64,000 nt of DNA from an uncultured Methanosarcinaceae archaeon (GCA_963833425.1 CAWHXP010000015.1:32001-96000); one strand, 5' to 3'; shown: positions 11,119-22,790, counted from the first letter of the stretch. The notes: generated by a model not told the origin, from the sequence alone. Program-made: numbers and translations.

Positions 11119-11735
11119 GCAAAATCCTCTTTCCGAAATCTCTGAGCAAAAACGCCCATCAATGAGGCACGGTCGATAACATCCAGATGTGGCACATGAC
11201 CGAGAACAAGCGCTCCGGAGAAATCTGCGATCGTGCGCATAGTATCGGGATTATCCTCACCGATAAAAATCAACCCGTGCAAAGTCATGTAGCGTTGGCG
11301 CAAGGCCTCAACGGATAACAACGTATGATTGATCGTTCCCAACCCGGTCCGCGCACATAAAATAACCGGTGCAGCCCACGCCTTGAAAACGTCGACCTGT
11401 AATTTCCTTCGAGTCACCGGAACCATAAGCCCGCCAGCGCCTTCGACAATCAAAGTTCCGTCCGCCTTGGGCAAAGAGAGCGCGCCTATTTCAGCGCCAT
11501 CCAATTCGGCCGCAAGATGCGGCGAGAGCGGACGCGATAGAATATAGCGTTCCTGCAGAAATCGATCGTTGGACAATCCAGTCAAACCCTGTACGCGCTG
11601 TGTATCCGTGCCGTCTTCGATGCCGGATTGTATAGGTTTCCAGTAGTGAGCATCCAGGGCAACGGTCAGCATAGCGGCAACAGTAGTTTTGCCGATACCA
11701 GTATCTGTGCCGCTGATAATAAAGATCTTAGTCAT
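11115..11735 (-). CDS. bioD: Dethiobiotin synthase
   Basis: GTDTGIGKT, WKPIQSG, SPHLAA, VEGAGG, LGTINHT; 4-nt overlap with bioA. Confidence 0.97.
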   Translation of the reverse strand: MTKIFIISGTDTGIGKTTVAAMLTVALDAHYWKPIQSGIEDGTDTQRVQGLTGLSNDRFLQERYILSRPLSPHLAAELDGAEIGALSLPKADGTLIVEGAGGLMVPVTRRKLQVDVFKAWAAPVILCARTGLGTINHTLLSVEALRQRYMTLHGLIFIGEDNPDTMRTIADFSGALVLGHVPHLDVIDRASLMGVFAQRFRKEDFA

Positions 11736-12862
11736 AGGCCGACACCAGATGGCAAAAGACTTTCCAAAGCCTGCGCAAAATTTTCGATATCTTGCGGCGT
11801 CAGCCCCACATTCAATGACAAGCGTAAACGAGCCGTACCTTCGGGAACGGCAGGGGGGCGTATTGCACGAATGTCGAATCCTTGCGCCTGTAGGTTCTTT
11901 GCCAGCTCGAAAGCTGCGGCATCTTCACCTATGATAATCGGTACAATCTGGCTTTTAACGGCAAGAGCTGAAATTCGTCGAGCCACAAGCGCTTTTAGCG
12001 CAGCAAGTCGTTTGCGCCGTTCAGGTTCATCGCGCACCAATTCTAACGCCCGTTTAACTAAAACAGCCTGCAAAGGCATTGGTGCAGTACTGTAGATAAA
12101 AGGTCGCGCTGCGTTGATGAGATAGTCGATGATATCCTCATTCGCACAAACAAGCGCGCCCGCTACTCCAAGGGCCTTACCGCAAGTATGCAGCGAAATC
12201 ATCCTGTCGTGTGAAAATCCTTCGGTTTCGCCGCGTCCAGTAGCACCGGAGACACCCGTCCCATGCGCTTCGTCAACGACCAGAATCGCATCATATTTTT
12301 CCGCAAGCATGAGAAGCTCGCGTACAGGTGCGATATCGCCGTCCATGCTATAAATAGATTCAACCAAAATCCATTTATTACATCCAGCTTCGACGGGCTT
12401 CTTAAGAGCATCTTCAAAAGCTTCTAGATTGTTATGAGAAATCTTGACCTTCATGCATTGCGCTGCATACAGCCCATCGCGCATACTTGCATGACACAAG
12501 GCATCGAAAATAGCAACATCGTGACGCGAGACTAGTGTTTTAATAAGTGCGTAATTTGCCTGAAATCCATTTGGAAAAAACAATGTGCGAGGGCATCCGT
12601 AATATGCGGCGGCAAAAAATTCAAGGTCTTCATGCGCTTGCCTGTTCCCACGTAAAAGCCTTGAGGCTGTCGCGCCGATTTCTATGCCGCCCTGCAACGC
12701 TTCAATTGCAGCCTGTCGTAAAGCTGGATGCTTAGAAAGGCCGAGATAATCATTAGACGAAAAATCAATTCCCTCAGGGAAGGAGAGCGAACGATAACGT
12801 CCCATGGCCTTCAGCCTGTCGAGATCAGGCGCGAAGTTTTTCACAACGACACCCCTCGTCAC
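11732..12862 (-). CDS. bioF: 8-amino-7-oxononanoate synthase
   Basis: FSSNDYLGL, HASMRDG, ESIYSMDGD, VDEAHGTG, TCGKALG, AIRPPAVP; exact start uncertain. Confidence 0.97.
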   Translation of the reverse strand: MTRGVVVKNFAPDLDRLKAMGRYRSLSFPEGIDFSSNDYLGLSKHPALRQAAIEALQGGIEIGATASRLLRGNRQAHEDLEFFAAAYYGCPRTLFFPNGFQANYALIKTLVSRHDVAIFDALCHASMRDGLYAAQCMKVKISHNNLEAFEDALKKPVEAGCNKWILVESIYSMDGDIAPVRELLMLAEKYDAILVVDEAHGTGVSGATGRGETEGFSHDRMISLHTCGKALGVAGALVCANEDIIDYLINAARPFIYSTAPMPLQAVLVKRALELVRDEPERRKRLAALKALVARRISALAVKSQIVPIIIGEDAAAFELAKNLQAQGFDIRAIRPPAVPEGTARLRLSLNVGLTPQDIENFAQALESLLPSGVGL

Positions 12863-13154
12863 AATTTTTATCCATCTCAGAAGCCTTCAATCTCAGATAC
12901 GCCATTAAACAAAGATCTTCATTGGTACCGGGATTAGGCATGGTCAGTAGCTTGTCGCCGGTAAAAATAGAATTGGCTCCCTTGATCAGAAACTCCACAG
13001 CTGTTAGGGTCTTTCTTAAACCTGCATTTCCATATACAAGTGTGATACGACCCTTTGGCAGGACATCATCAGTGATGTCATCAAAACCAGTAATACCAAT
13101 TGGATATTTTTCCAGATGTTTTTCTTTTAAAGTTGGGCTCTTTTGTTTAGTCAT
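12825..13154 (-). pseudogene. Chimeric ORF: KaiC-like ATPase N-terminus fused in frame to the BioB C-terminal tail
   Basis: PIGITGFDDIT...PKGRITLVYGNAGLRKT...EFLIKGA (KaiC) runs into GANSIFTGDKLLTMPNP (BioB) at 12975-12980. Confidence 0.85.
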
Positions 13155-13299
13155 CAAATACACCTTTTTAAATCTAGTAAGAAGCAGTAGTTTAAATAAG
13201 TATAAATTATCCAATTTATTTTGATCTCTTTAGCCCTTATTTTAGATCTTAATTAATATATTTGTTCTAATATTTTAAAAATATATATTTTTTGAACTG

Positions 13300-13870
13300 A
13301 TTATCGGAATACTCAATCAAGTCAATCCTTAACAGAAGCGACAATCAAAAGCGTTAATCTGTCCTTGACTCAGTAGTGAGTACCAATAACACTACAGATA
13401 AATCGATCTATTAGAGCTGTAAGAAGCCAGGATAAGAAAGCAGTAACATCGGATCAATGTCAAATATGACCAAATAGACATCAAAAATAACAATGAACTC
13501 CAACAGGCCAAAATAGACGATCTGAAAAATCAGATCCAAGCACTCTACTGCCATATAACATTAAGGACGAGAGATAGAAAAGCTAAATAAGAATATGCAC
13601 AAACCGCGTATTCAAAGTTCAATCCAGAAAAATAGCAGGCTAAATATTAAGCCGCTTGCGGATAATGTAGAAAAAAGTAATGTCAAGAGGATAGTATTTA
13701 GTGCCCTTCCCAGCTTTGATATATGTATAAGCATGTATAAAATCTAGATAATCGTTAATATAATCTGGAGTAAATTCCTTTAATTCTTTGTCTCCACAAC
13801 ATTCTATGAATGGTATAAGAGTGGTTCCCAAAGTTGCGATTGTTACTTCTATCAGTCCATCTCTCGGCAC
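13300..13870. pseudogene. Fragments of decayed hypothetical genes (coiled-coil remnant on +, 76-aa fragment on -)
   Basis: Broken + frames such as NELQQAKIDDLKNQIQALY and IEKLNKNMHK; ORF 13640-13870 on -. Confidence 0.35.
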
Positions 13871-13999
13871 TTATTTAAATAATTTTTTAAAATTTTTGAA
13901 TTACTCATACTAACCTTAAAAGAATTAAATTCTAGATAAACAATATAGGTTTTTATGTTAGTTTACAATTGACTGAAGGAGTTTATATTTTCCTTTAAA

Positions 14000-14093
14000 G
14001 CAAAATCAGTAAAATATTTCATGAGTAAAAATTGATTTTAAGAGATTTAAACTCCCCAATTCTCAAATGCATGCAGATTTATAGAAATTCTCT
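14000..14093. repeat. Direct repeat flanking pscS, copy 1
   Basis: catgagtaaaaa...taagagatttaaactc...ctcaaatgcat...gaaattctct also at 16252-16346. Confidence 0.8.
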
Positions 14094-14095
14094 AA

Positions 14096-15484
14096 TTATT
14101 TGCTGTCATTAAAATGAGATTTCCTATTCACCTGAATTTTATATTTCTCAGCGACTTCCTGGAAAATATCTACCATATAGTGAACTTTTTCCCAGGAAAG
14201 GCCGTATGTATTCAATTTCCACATGCGTGTAGCCCCCGCAAATTCTCCGACGATTCCCTTGCTTGAGAGTTCGTCTGAAAGGAAAAAACCTTTGCGCTTA
14301 TGGCCATGTGCCACGATATCGAAGTTACCACTTGTATCTATTTTTGAGAGTGTATGCTTGCGTGGGTACTCCGATGAAACCCTACTTCCTTCTATGGCAA
14401 GTAAACCATCAATCAGATAGTTTGACTTTTTCACCTCATCTCCCCAATTATGTACTCTCTTTCTTACAGTAGGAAAAGAAGCCATCATACCCATTAATGT
14501 CGAACCCATTAGTGTACAGCCGAGCATCTCAACTTCTTTGACGCCAAACTTACGTAGAGTAACATCCCCCACCATCTGAGTTGTACGAAATACCTTTGGA
14601 GCCCATTCATTGGTTGTTGCCAGCACTCCCGAAGGTGCGGGCGATGCCATGCTTTTGTGGCCGGAGCCTACGACAAAATCCGCGCCAATTTCCTTTCCAT
14701 TCACTGGCATGACACCAACAGTGTATGCACCATTATATAGGAAAGGAATATCATACTGATGTGCAACTTTTGCTATGTCTTTTACATCATGTTCGTTGGC
14801 ATACTGGTAATCAAAGTGGTCAATTATCACCAGTACAGGCAATTTACCTGTTTCCAGTTTGACTGCCTCAATTTTCTCGGCAGTGAGATCTGCAGTTACA
14901 ATATTGTGCTCGTTTACAGGCACTTCCTTAACTATCCCTCCGGCCTCTTCAACTGCCAAAAACTCTGTATAGTGGGCTAAAGCTGAAACTATGACAGAAT
15001 CATTTTTATTGACAATAGTAGATGCCACTGCCTGAAAACCGCGCCTTGCTCCAGGAACTACACGCGCAACATCCATGTTAAGGAAGCTAGCGAGTTGTTC
15101 ATGGAACGGGCCAATTGGCGGAGTTCTGATTGTGTCTAACCTAAAGGGCTTGCTGCAGGCATCACAGACAGAATATCCATCACCATATGCTATGAGTGCT
15201 TTTCGTGCTTCTGGGGTAAGCCTTCCAGCTGCCTGAATTGGCTGTATGTTGATGTACATTTCTTCTCTGGATCTAATGTTAATATTACCAGCTATCTTTC
15301 TAACTTGCGGAGTTCCAGTACTGTTTTCGATATCATCCAAAATTTTTCTTACCTTGTTTACACCTTCCTTAATAGAGTTTTCTTCTTCCGGACTAGTGAC
15401 ATTTGGAAGTGATTGTCTAAAGATCTCTCGAACATCTTCAAGTGCAAAAAGAGCCTCAAAAGTCTTTTGAATTCTTATATCCAT
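14096..15484 (-). CDS. pscS: Sep-tRNA:Cys-tRNA synthase with about 70-aa N-terminal extension
   Basis: PIQAAGRLT, GDGYSVCD, GARRGF, AHYT, NGAY, GSGHKSMA, ELLGCT-like EMLGCT. Confidence 0.95.
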   Translation of the reverse strand: MDIRIQKTFEALFALEDVREIFRQSLPNVTSPEEENSIKEGVNKVRKILDDIENSTGTPQVRKIAGNINIRSREEMYINIQPIQAAGRLTPEARKALIAYGDGYSVCDACSKPFRLDTIRTPPIGPFHEQLASFLNMDVARVVPGARRGFQAVASTIVNKNDSVIVSALAHYTEFLAVEEAGGIVKEVPVNEHNIVTADLTAEKIEAVKLETGKLPVLVIIDHFDYQYANEHDVKDIAKVAHQYDIPFLYNGAYTVGVMPVNGKEIGADFVVGSGHKSMASPAPSGVLATTNEWAPKVFRTTQMVGDVTLRKFGVKEVEMLGCTLMGSTLMGMMASFPTVRKRVHNWGDEVKKSNYLIDGLLAIEGSRVSSEYPRKHTLSKIDTSGNFDIVAHGHKRKGFFLSDELSSKGIVGEFAGATRMWKLNTYGLSWEKVHYMVDIFQEVAEKYKIQVNRKSHFNDSK

Positions 15485-15511
15485 GGAATTACCTCAAAGC
15501 TTAGACACGGA

Positions 15512-15695
15512 ACAGAACCTAAGTGAAATGGGTATGCAGTTCATCGAGTAGTTTTTCCACCATCTAAGCATTCATCTCTACATTCCTATAATTTTGAGTC
15601 ATTTTATTCTGCAAAATACACAATTTTAGCATCTATTTGCCGATTTGTTCAATGTATATCAATGAACATGGAGTTAGTTTTTAGCTATTGACATA
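15512..15695 (-). pseudogene. Possible decayed small ORF upstream of pscS
   Basis: Broken frames RQIDAKIVYFAE*...ECRDECL / MVEKLLDELHTHFT*. Confidence 0.3.
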
Positions 15696-16251
15696 TCGAG
15701 AAAAAGCTGGCATTTGTGTACTTGTGCAGGAAGTGAGTTTTAGGATTGATTTTGTATCTACTTATCTATGACTGACCTTTATATCCGTGAATCAGATCAC
15801 TATACTCAGTGATTTAAGTCTATACAAAGTGAGCGAGTTATACTAGGTGATTGAAATCATATTTTAATTGGTAACGCATAATTCACATTAGTGATCTTAG
15901 GATTTGCTATTGAAGCTTACTTATATTTGAACCTTCTTTTTAGAATAAATATCGCCTCAAAGATTTTATTTGTATCCGTAAAAAAATTTTCAATCTCCAA
16001 AATGGAATAGAACAATGTGAAATGGATGTGCTGTCCATTGCGTAGCTTCTCTGCCACCTCAAAAATAATTTTTGTTCATAATTGTGAACAGAGATCACAT
16101 AATGATTATGCCAGCTTATATACACATTTTGAAACTATTTTGTAAAAATATATCGATTCAAAAATGATAAGAAAAGGTTTCAATAAATTAAAGAATTAAT
16201 CTCAACAAGTTAGTCTCAACTGGCTGGAGAAGACTGCATTCTTCTTAAAGA

Positions 16252-16346
16252 GCAAAATAAGTAAGAGTTTATCATGAGTAAAAACTATTACTAAGAGATT
16301 TAAACTCATCAATACTCAAATGCATAGGAGCTTATCGAAATTCTCT
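16252..16346. repeat. Direct repeat flanking pscS, copy 2
   Basis: Matches 14000-14093. Confidence 0.8.
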
Positions 16347-17145
16347 TTAATCAAAAATTAATATATCAGAACTTACACACTTGAAGTATATAACCAAGTA
16401 GAATATTCATTATGGTCAAATAAATTATTTAAATAGTTGAAGATTTAATGCTATTGACTATACCTAAATGCATAAATCCTATACTTAGCAGCTATCGTAA
16501 TTATTATTCTTTATCTATAACTAAAAAAGTAAAAGCTCAATAATAAAAAAAACATTTTCTGAATAAAAAACACATATCATGAAAAATTCTGAAATTTTAA
16601 AGCAGTGTAGCGAATTTGCTAAAATTCAAAGTTAAATTTCTGCATATTTTATGTTAGTAGATTCTTCCGATGTGCATTTTCCGTTCTAATAATTTTCTGA
16701 AATTTGTTATTCTAAGCAAAATTGGCACATGAGATTTTTTTTATATATATCTATGGAGATCTTAAAAAATAACCATTAATTTCACTAATAATTGAATGCA
16801 ATCAATCAAAAAACAGAAAAGAATAGAAAATCTAAAAATTCAGTACATCCTCAAATTCGAGAAAAAAATTTCCTAACAGAAAAATATGCAACAATTTATA
16901 GCACGGTAACGAATCTAACGCGTTTTCGGATTAATTTTTTCAAAAAGTGAATAAATTTTTAAATATTCAGCAAAATCTAAAATTTACTTCTTTCGTACAA
17001 TTTGACGAAGATACGGAGATTTCACATACATAAATGGGGTAATAATATAATCAAAAAGGATATAATAACCATAATAAATCCGAGAGATACACTCTAAATT
17101 AAAAAAAATCAAAAATAAAAATATTTCCCCAATTAAGGTGATATT

Positions 17146-18426
17146 ATCGTTCCCATAATTCAGGTTGCACTTGACCTCCTGGAATTGGACCGCTCGATAG
17201 AGATTGCAAGAGATGCGGTCGCAGGTGGTGTGGATTGGATCGAAATAGGAACACCCCTGATAAAAAGCGAGGGAATGAACGCAATTCGCAAGATGAGAAA
17301 AGCTTTTCCTGATCTAACGATCCTGGCGGATATGAAAACCATAGATGCAGGAGCCATGGAAATCGAGATGGCAGCAAAAGCAGGGGCAGATGTAGTTATT
17401 GTACTAGGAAGTGCTGATGACTCTACAGTACTCGATGCACTACGTTCAGCTCACAAATATGGGGTCAGGTTAATGGCAGATCTTATTTCGGTCCTTGATC
17501 CAGTGAAAAGAGCTGTAGAACTTGAAGCTATGGGAATAGACTACGTAAATGTGCACATAGGTATAGACCAACAGATGATAGGAAAAAACCCTGTATCGAT
17601 CCTCAAGAAAATTTCAGAAAAAGTTAGAGTACAGCTTGCAGTTGCTGGAGGGCTCGATGCAGAAAGTGCTGCCCAAGCAGTTAAGACCGGAGCCAGTATT
17701 GTAATTGTCGGAGGAAATATCACCCATTCTGAAAACGTTACAGAAGCTGCCAGAAAAATTCGGCAGAGTGTGAACTCCCCTGAAGCTGTGGTTATTCGGG
17801 GTACAAGAACAGTAGATCAGGAAATCAGAAAAATCCTTCGAGAAGTATCAACCTCAAATATTTCGGATGCTATGCACAGAAAAGGAGCAATGAAAGACAT
17901 TCATCCTGTGGTGAGAGGGAAGATGGTAGGAACTGCAGTTACAGTGCAGGTTTTTGCTGGGGATTGGGCGAAGACTGTGGAAGCAATTGATATTGCCAAA
18001 GAAGGGGATGTAATCGTTATCTACAACGAGAGTAAAGACATCGCCTGCTGGGGAGGACTCGCAACCCTGAGCAGCCTGAATAAAAGAATCTCCGGCGTGG
18101 TAATAGAAGGTGCTGTGAGAGATATTGATGAAATAGAGGGTATGAAGCTTCCGATTTACACAAGTAATACGGTACCTAATGCTGGAGATCCCAAAGGTTT
18201 TGGTGAAATCAACGCCGAAATTACTTGCGGAGGTCAGACAGTAAAGCCAGGAGACTTCATAGTTGGCGATGAGAGTGGAGTTGTGGTAATTCCAAAGGAG
18301 AGAGCTTACGAACTGGCAAGAAGAGCAAAAGAAGTCAATAAAACTGAAAAGAGACTTTTTGATGAGATTCGGAGAGGAGGCACTCTGTCTGAAATTTTGA
18401 AAATCAAAAAATGGGAAAAACTTTGA
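17146..18426 (+). CDS. hps: 3-hexulose-6-phosphate synthase fused to an RraA/MenG-like domain
   Basis: [41 protein letters not shown]-terminal [17 protein letters not shown]; near-cognate start inferred. Confidence 0.92.
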   Translation: MVPIIQVALDLLELDRSIEIARDAVAGGVDWIEIGTPLIKSEGMNAIRKMRKAFPDLTILADMKTIDAGAMEIEMAAKAGADVVIVLGSADDSTVLDALRSAHKYGVRLMADLISVLDPVKRAVELEAMGIDYVNVHIGIDQQMIGKNPVSILKKISEKVRVQLAVAGGLDAESAAQAVKTGASIVIVGGNITHSENVTEAARKIRQSVNSPEAVVIRGTRTVDQEIRKILREVSTSNISDAMHRKGAMKDIHPVVRGKMVGTAVTVQVFAGDWAKTVEAIDIAKEGDVIVIYNESKDIACWGGLATLSSLNKRISGVVIEGAVRDIDEIEGMKLPIYTSNTVPNAGDPKGFGEINAEITCGGQTVKPGDFIVGDESGVVVIPKERAYELARRAKEVNKTEKRLFDEIRRGGTLSEILKIKKWEKL

Positions 18427-18638
18427 ATCAATATTTCCGGATATTGAAATCGAAATTAAACCGAATTCCATAAATGCACACAGATACAGAATTTGCTTGC
18501 CTATTTTCTCAACTACTATTCATAGAAAGATAGATTAATTTTTAAGCTCAGTCTGAGAAGATATATGTTATTCTTGTGTAGATATACGAAAGATGAGATT
18601 AAAAGAAATTTAGGATTATTTAAATAAAGGAACTTTAT

Positions 18639-21224
18639 TCACGGTCTTAAGATTGAGTAGCAGATTTTGGACAGAAGAAGAGCTCTGATAAACTTAAATT
18701 CTTCTTCCTGGCATTTTTCACCTATATTAGTTCGAATCATCGAATCCAGTTCAGTTTCTAACATTTCAAGTACAGCTTTAATCTGTCTTTGCCTTTCAGG
18801 AGGCAAAAGTCCCCCCATATCCCTGACCTTTCCTGTAAGGATAAGATGTTCAAATTGCCTGAAAACAGCTTCTATACTCATGCCCTGAACTTCAGCAATT
18901 CGATTGATCTCCAGGCCATGAATAAAAAGGAAATAAGTCCTTTGCAAAGAATCTTTTTCAAGAATGTTTGTTTCAAACTGCTCCGTCTTATAAGATTCCT
19001 CTCCAATAGATCTTATATCCAAATATCTTGCTTTTTTTGCTGGAAATCTGAAAACCTCTGAGTTTTTCATTTTATCAGATTCAAGAATAGGTACTTTAAT
19101 TCCAGATACCTCTATTTCATCTTCCAGTTCAGAGTTTTCATTCTTTTGAACTATGTTTTTTGTGATTACCCTCCCATTGTCAGAATTTGTATCTTCAGCT
19201 TCTGAACTTTCTACCTTTCCTACAGATACCAAACCATAGTCCTTACAGTAATGTTCAATTTCCGTGAGAAAAATATCCCCATATTTCCGCAGTTTATGGT
19301 CTCCAACTCCTGTAATGGAATGAAACTCTTCAGAGCTGTGCGGAAATTTTGTAGCCATTTCCTTAAGGGTTGTATCGGAGAAAATAATATAAGGTGGAAG
19401 ATTTTTCTTTAGAGCTATTTCCTTTCTCAGGGCTTTTAACCGCTCAAAAAGGATCGCATCATGCTCTTTTCCGGATTTTAAGACTGTCTTAACTTTGGAT
19501 GCATTCAGGATATCAGCAGCTACTGAAAGTTCTTCTGTCAAACATCCTTCTGTTGAGGACTCTTCTTCCGAATACTTCTCTGTTGGAAACTCTCCTGTTG
19601 GAAGTCCTTCTATCTGGAACTGTATGCCATTTTTTACTTTATTACTCTTTGTGACTCCCATTGAAAAAATTAGGCTACCTTCAGAATTTGCCACAAAACC
19701 TTCCGGGCAGATAAGTTCTATTCGCTCTAAGCCTTTCAGAATTCTTCTGCTCATAGAATTCAGTTTCAAAACAGGATATTGCGCTCCACTCACTTCAAGA
19801 AGACCTGTACCTGTAATTTCGGAAACTAATGATCTCCATTGTTCTTTTGTGAATTCCCGGCCACTGCCATGACTTTTCAACTTCTCATGGCGATTTTGCC
19901 TAATTTTTTTATTTTTTGAACCTAAAAGGATGTCAATAACATAGGTAGCGCCAAAGCGTTGATTCAGTTCCTGAACACAGGTCATTAGTTTCCTAGCGGT
20001 TTCAGTTCCTTCGAAGGTACCTTTTGGACTGAGGCAAGAGTCACAATTTCCGCAGAATTGTGGGAGTTCCTCACCAAAGTATTTCATTAGTTTCTGACGC
20101 CTACATTTATTCCCCTCGCAATAAGCTACCATCTCCCTTAATTGCACAAGAGAGAGATCCTTTTCATGTTCATTTGTTTTCTGAGAAATAAAGTAGTCAA
20201 ACTTGAAGCGATCCCCCCTACTGAAAAAAAGGATGCACTCACAAACTCCCCCATCCCTTCCCCCCCTTCCGGTTTCCTGGTAGTAACTTTCAAGATTTCG
20301 TGGGAGATCATAATGTATCACAAAACGCACGTTGGACTTATCTATTCCCATCCCAAAAGCAATTGTTGCAACTATTATATCCACGTCGTCCTTTATGAAC
20401 AATTCCTGATTTTTAGCCCGTTCGGTATCTGAAAGGCCCGCATGGTAGGGTAGAACTCTAAAACCTGCAAGATTTAACTTTTTTGTAAGGGCTTCGACTT
20501 TGTTTCTGCTTTGACAATAGATAATACCAGCTTCATCGCTATGCCTGCGTAGGTAATCAATAATCTCAGAAAAGGTCTCTTTCTTTGGTCTGACCTCATA
20601 GTAGAGATTTTTACGATTAAAACTGGCCAAATATGGACCTTTTTCCGGAGATATCGACAGACTTAGCTGTGATACGATATCCTTTCGAACCCTTTCAGTA
20701 GCAGTAGCCGTAAGTGCGATAATTGGTATATCAGGAAAGCCTGTATTTGGATCTCTTAAAAGTTTAAGGTTTCCGTACTCAGGCCGAAAATCATGTCCCC
20801 ACTCAGAAATACAATGTGCCTCGTCGATTGCAAAGAGGCTTACTTTTCCTTTTTTTAAAAAAGCAAAAGTTCCGGGCATCATGAGCCTTTCTGGAGCAAC
20901 ATAAAGAATTTTCAACCTGTTTTCAAGAAAAGCTGTTCTCACATCACTGGATTCTCTGGGACTCTGGGTGCTGTTCAAAAGAGCTGCATTAATTCCATTT
21001 GTATCTAGGCCGTCCACCTGGTCTTTCATGAGGGAAATTAGAGGAGAAACCACGACTGCAACACCTTTCATCAGAAGAGCGGGCAACTGATAGCATATAG
21101 ATTTCCCCCCTCCCGTAGGCATTATCACAAAAACATCTTTCTTCTCCAGAACATCCCTGATAATTTCTTCCTGTAAAGGCCGAAAAGAAGTGTAGCCAAA
21201 ATACTGGTGTAGAGCGGAATGCAT
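18639..21224 (-). CDS. recQ: ATP-dependent DNA helicase RecQ with RQC and HRDC domains
   Basis: MPTGGGKS, IDEAHCISEWGHDFRP, ALTATA, ATIAFGMGIDK, YQETGRGGRDG, LPPYIIFSD; frame also open to an ACG at 21296. Confidence 0.97.
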   Translation of the reverse strand: MHSALHQYFGYTSFRPLQEEIIRDVLEKKDVFVIMPTGGGKSICYQLPALLMKGVAVVVSPLISLMKDQVDGLDTNGINAALLNSTQSPRESSDVRTAFLENRLKILYVAPERLMMPGTFAFLKKGKVSLFAIDEAHCISEWGHDFRPEYGNLKLLRDPNTGFPDIPIIALTATATERVRKDIVSQLSLSISPEKGPYLASFNRKNLYYEVRPKKETFSEIIDYLRRHSDEAGIIYCQSRNKVEALTKKLNLAGFRVLPYHAGLSDTERAKNQELFIKDDVDIIVATIAFGMGIDKSNVRFVIHYDLPRNLESYYQETGRGGRDGGVCECILFFSRGDRFKFDYFISQKTNEHEKDLSLVQLREMVAYCEGNKCRRQKLMKYFGEELPQFCGNCDSCLSPKGTFEGTETARKLMTCVQELNQRFGATYVIDILLGSKNKKIRQNRHEKLKSHGSGREFTKEQWRSLVSEITGTGLLEVSGAQYPVLKLNSMSRRILKGLERIELICPEGFVANSEGSLIFSMGVTKSNKVKNGIQFQIEGLPTGEFPTEKYSEEESSTEGCLTEELSVAADILNASKVKTVLKSGKEHDAILFERLKALRKEIALKKNLPPYIIFSDTTLKEMATKFPHSSEEFHSITGVGDHKLRKYGDIFLTEIEHYCKDYGLVSVGKVESSEAEDTNSDNGRVITKNIVQKNENSELEDEIEVSGIKVPILESDKMKNSEVFRFPAKKARYLDIRSIGEESYKTEQFETNILEKDSLQRTYFLFIHGLEINRIAEVQGMSIEAVFRQFEHLILTGKVRDMGGLLPPERQRQIKAVLEMLETELDSMIRTNIGEKCQEEEFKFIRALLLSKICYSILRP

Positions 21225-21904
21225 TATGTCTGATATAGAAGTCTTTGACTCAAGTTCATCTTTACTCGAACTTAAGAGATCATAATCAGTACTCGTTTTC
21301 TAATCCTCCTGGTCTGCAGAGTATTGCTATTACGCTAGAATAGAAAATCTCGAAAAAATATAATGAAATTAAATATGTGTATATGCTTTCATACAAAATA
21401 TTGTTCCCAATTCTGTGTTTTATATTGATTATAATATTTAATAATATATACTTGGGTTTGGAATCAGCAACTGTTGGTGTTTCAAGCTTATCATATTTAA
21501 GTTACATATGTGCGTAATGAAAGTATTTAGTAGTAAGCTCTCGATACATTATCCTCGATACTTCTTGGTATAGCAGGACTTAGAAAAAAGTAGAATCTTT
21601 AAAGACATTTTTTGTAATCTATTCTTTTTTCTACTTAAATATCCTTGGATCATAATTCTCAAAAAATCTATAATCTTCAATTTGAGAGACCTCCCTTACT
21701 TGAGATAATTTATTAATTAGTACAGCCTTTTTTATGAAAAAAGAATTTGATTGAGGATAATCAAAAAAAACCTACGTAGAGCTGGATTAAGTTGTCTTGA
21801 GATCAAAAGAAAAAAAGGATTATCATCATATAAGCCAGTAAAATTAAGTAAAACAAAATTCATCTAGGTATTCGGGGATATAATCTGCCAATATTATTTT
21901 TTAA

Positions 21905-22758
21905 GGTTCCGTTGCAAAAATTTCGAAATAAGCATGTAAATCTATAAGTGATTAATAAAAATCAAAATATTCAAGGAAAATGTACTAACATTATAAAACT
22001 ATATCAAACAATTGATTAATGTATTTGACTTCATTAAGAACAGAGTAATTTAGATCATTTACTTGTCCTTTTTTGATCATATTTATAGCTTCAATTCCTT
22101 TTAAAGTCTTATTAGCAGATCGAAAAGACTGAAATCCTAACATTGGATTAACGATTCTCTTTATAGATCTGTGATCTTGTTCTATAATGTTATTCAAATA
22201 CTTGACTTGTCTAATGCCTACTTTTTTAGACAATTTCTTTTCATTTTTCAGTTAATCTCTAGCAGGTGGATAAGCTGGATTCTTATCAACGGTTATTAAT
22301 CTTGGAATTTGATTATGATTAAAACTTAAAGCTTTCTTAAAGAATCTCTTCGCTGCTTTTCTATTTCGTTTTGAACTTAACATGAAATCAATTGTATCTC
22401 CATTTGAGTCAACTGCTCGATAAAAATAGTCCCATTTACCTTTTACTTTGATATAGGTTTCATCAACTCTCCACGAATAGTTTGTTAGCCTTAAATGTCT
22501 TCTTATCTTCTTTTCTATTTCAGGTGAATATTGATGTACCGATCTCATGATTGTCGTATGGTAGACTTTTACTCCCCTTTCTATCATCATTTCCTTTAAA
22601 TTTCTATAGCTTAATGGATATTTTAAGTACCATCTTACATTTAATAGGATAATTTCCCCTTCATAATGCTTCCATTTAAAGGAATTAGATAGCAGTTACT
22701 ATCTTTGATTTTCTTTTTATTCTATTTATCATTAGAAAGGATTTTTTGCAACGGAACT
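21905..22758 (-). mobile_element. IS6 family element, copy 2 (start codon lost, TAA at 22252-22254)
   Basis: IRs at both ends, near-identical to copy 1. Confidence 0.95.
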
Positions 22759-22790
22759 CTAAAACTGTGCATCAACGAGACACTAAATAC

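Noticed and set aside
9949..12735. Many alternative-frame ORFs within the bio operon
   Set aside because: Shadow ORFs expected in GC-rich coding DNA; no motifs.
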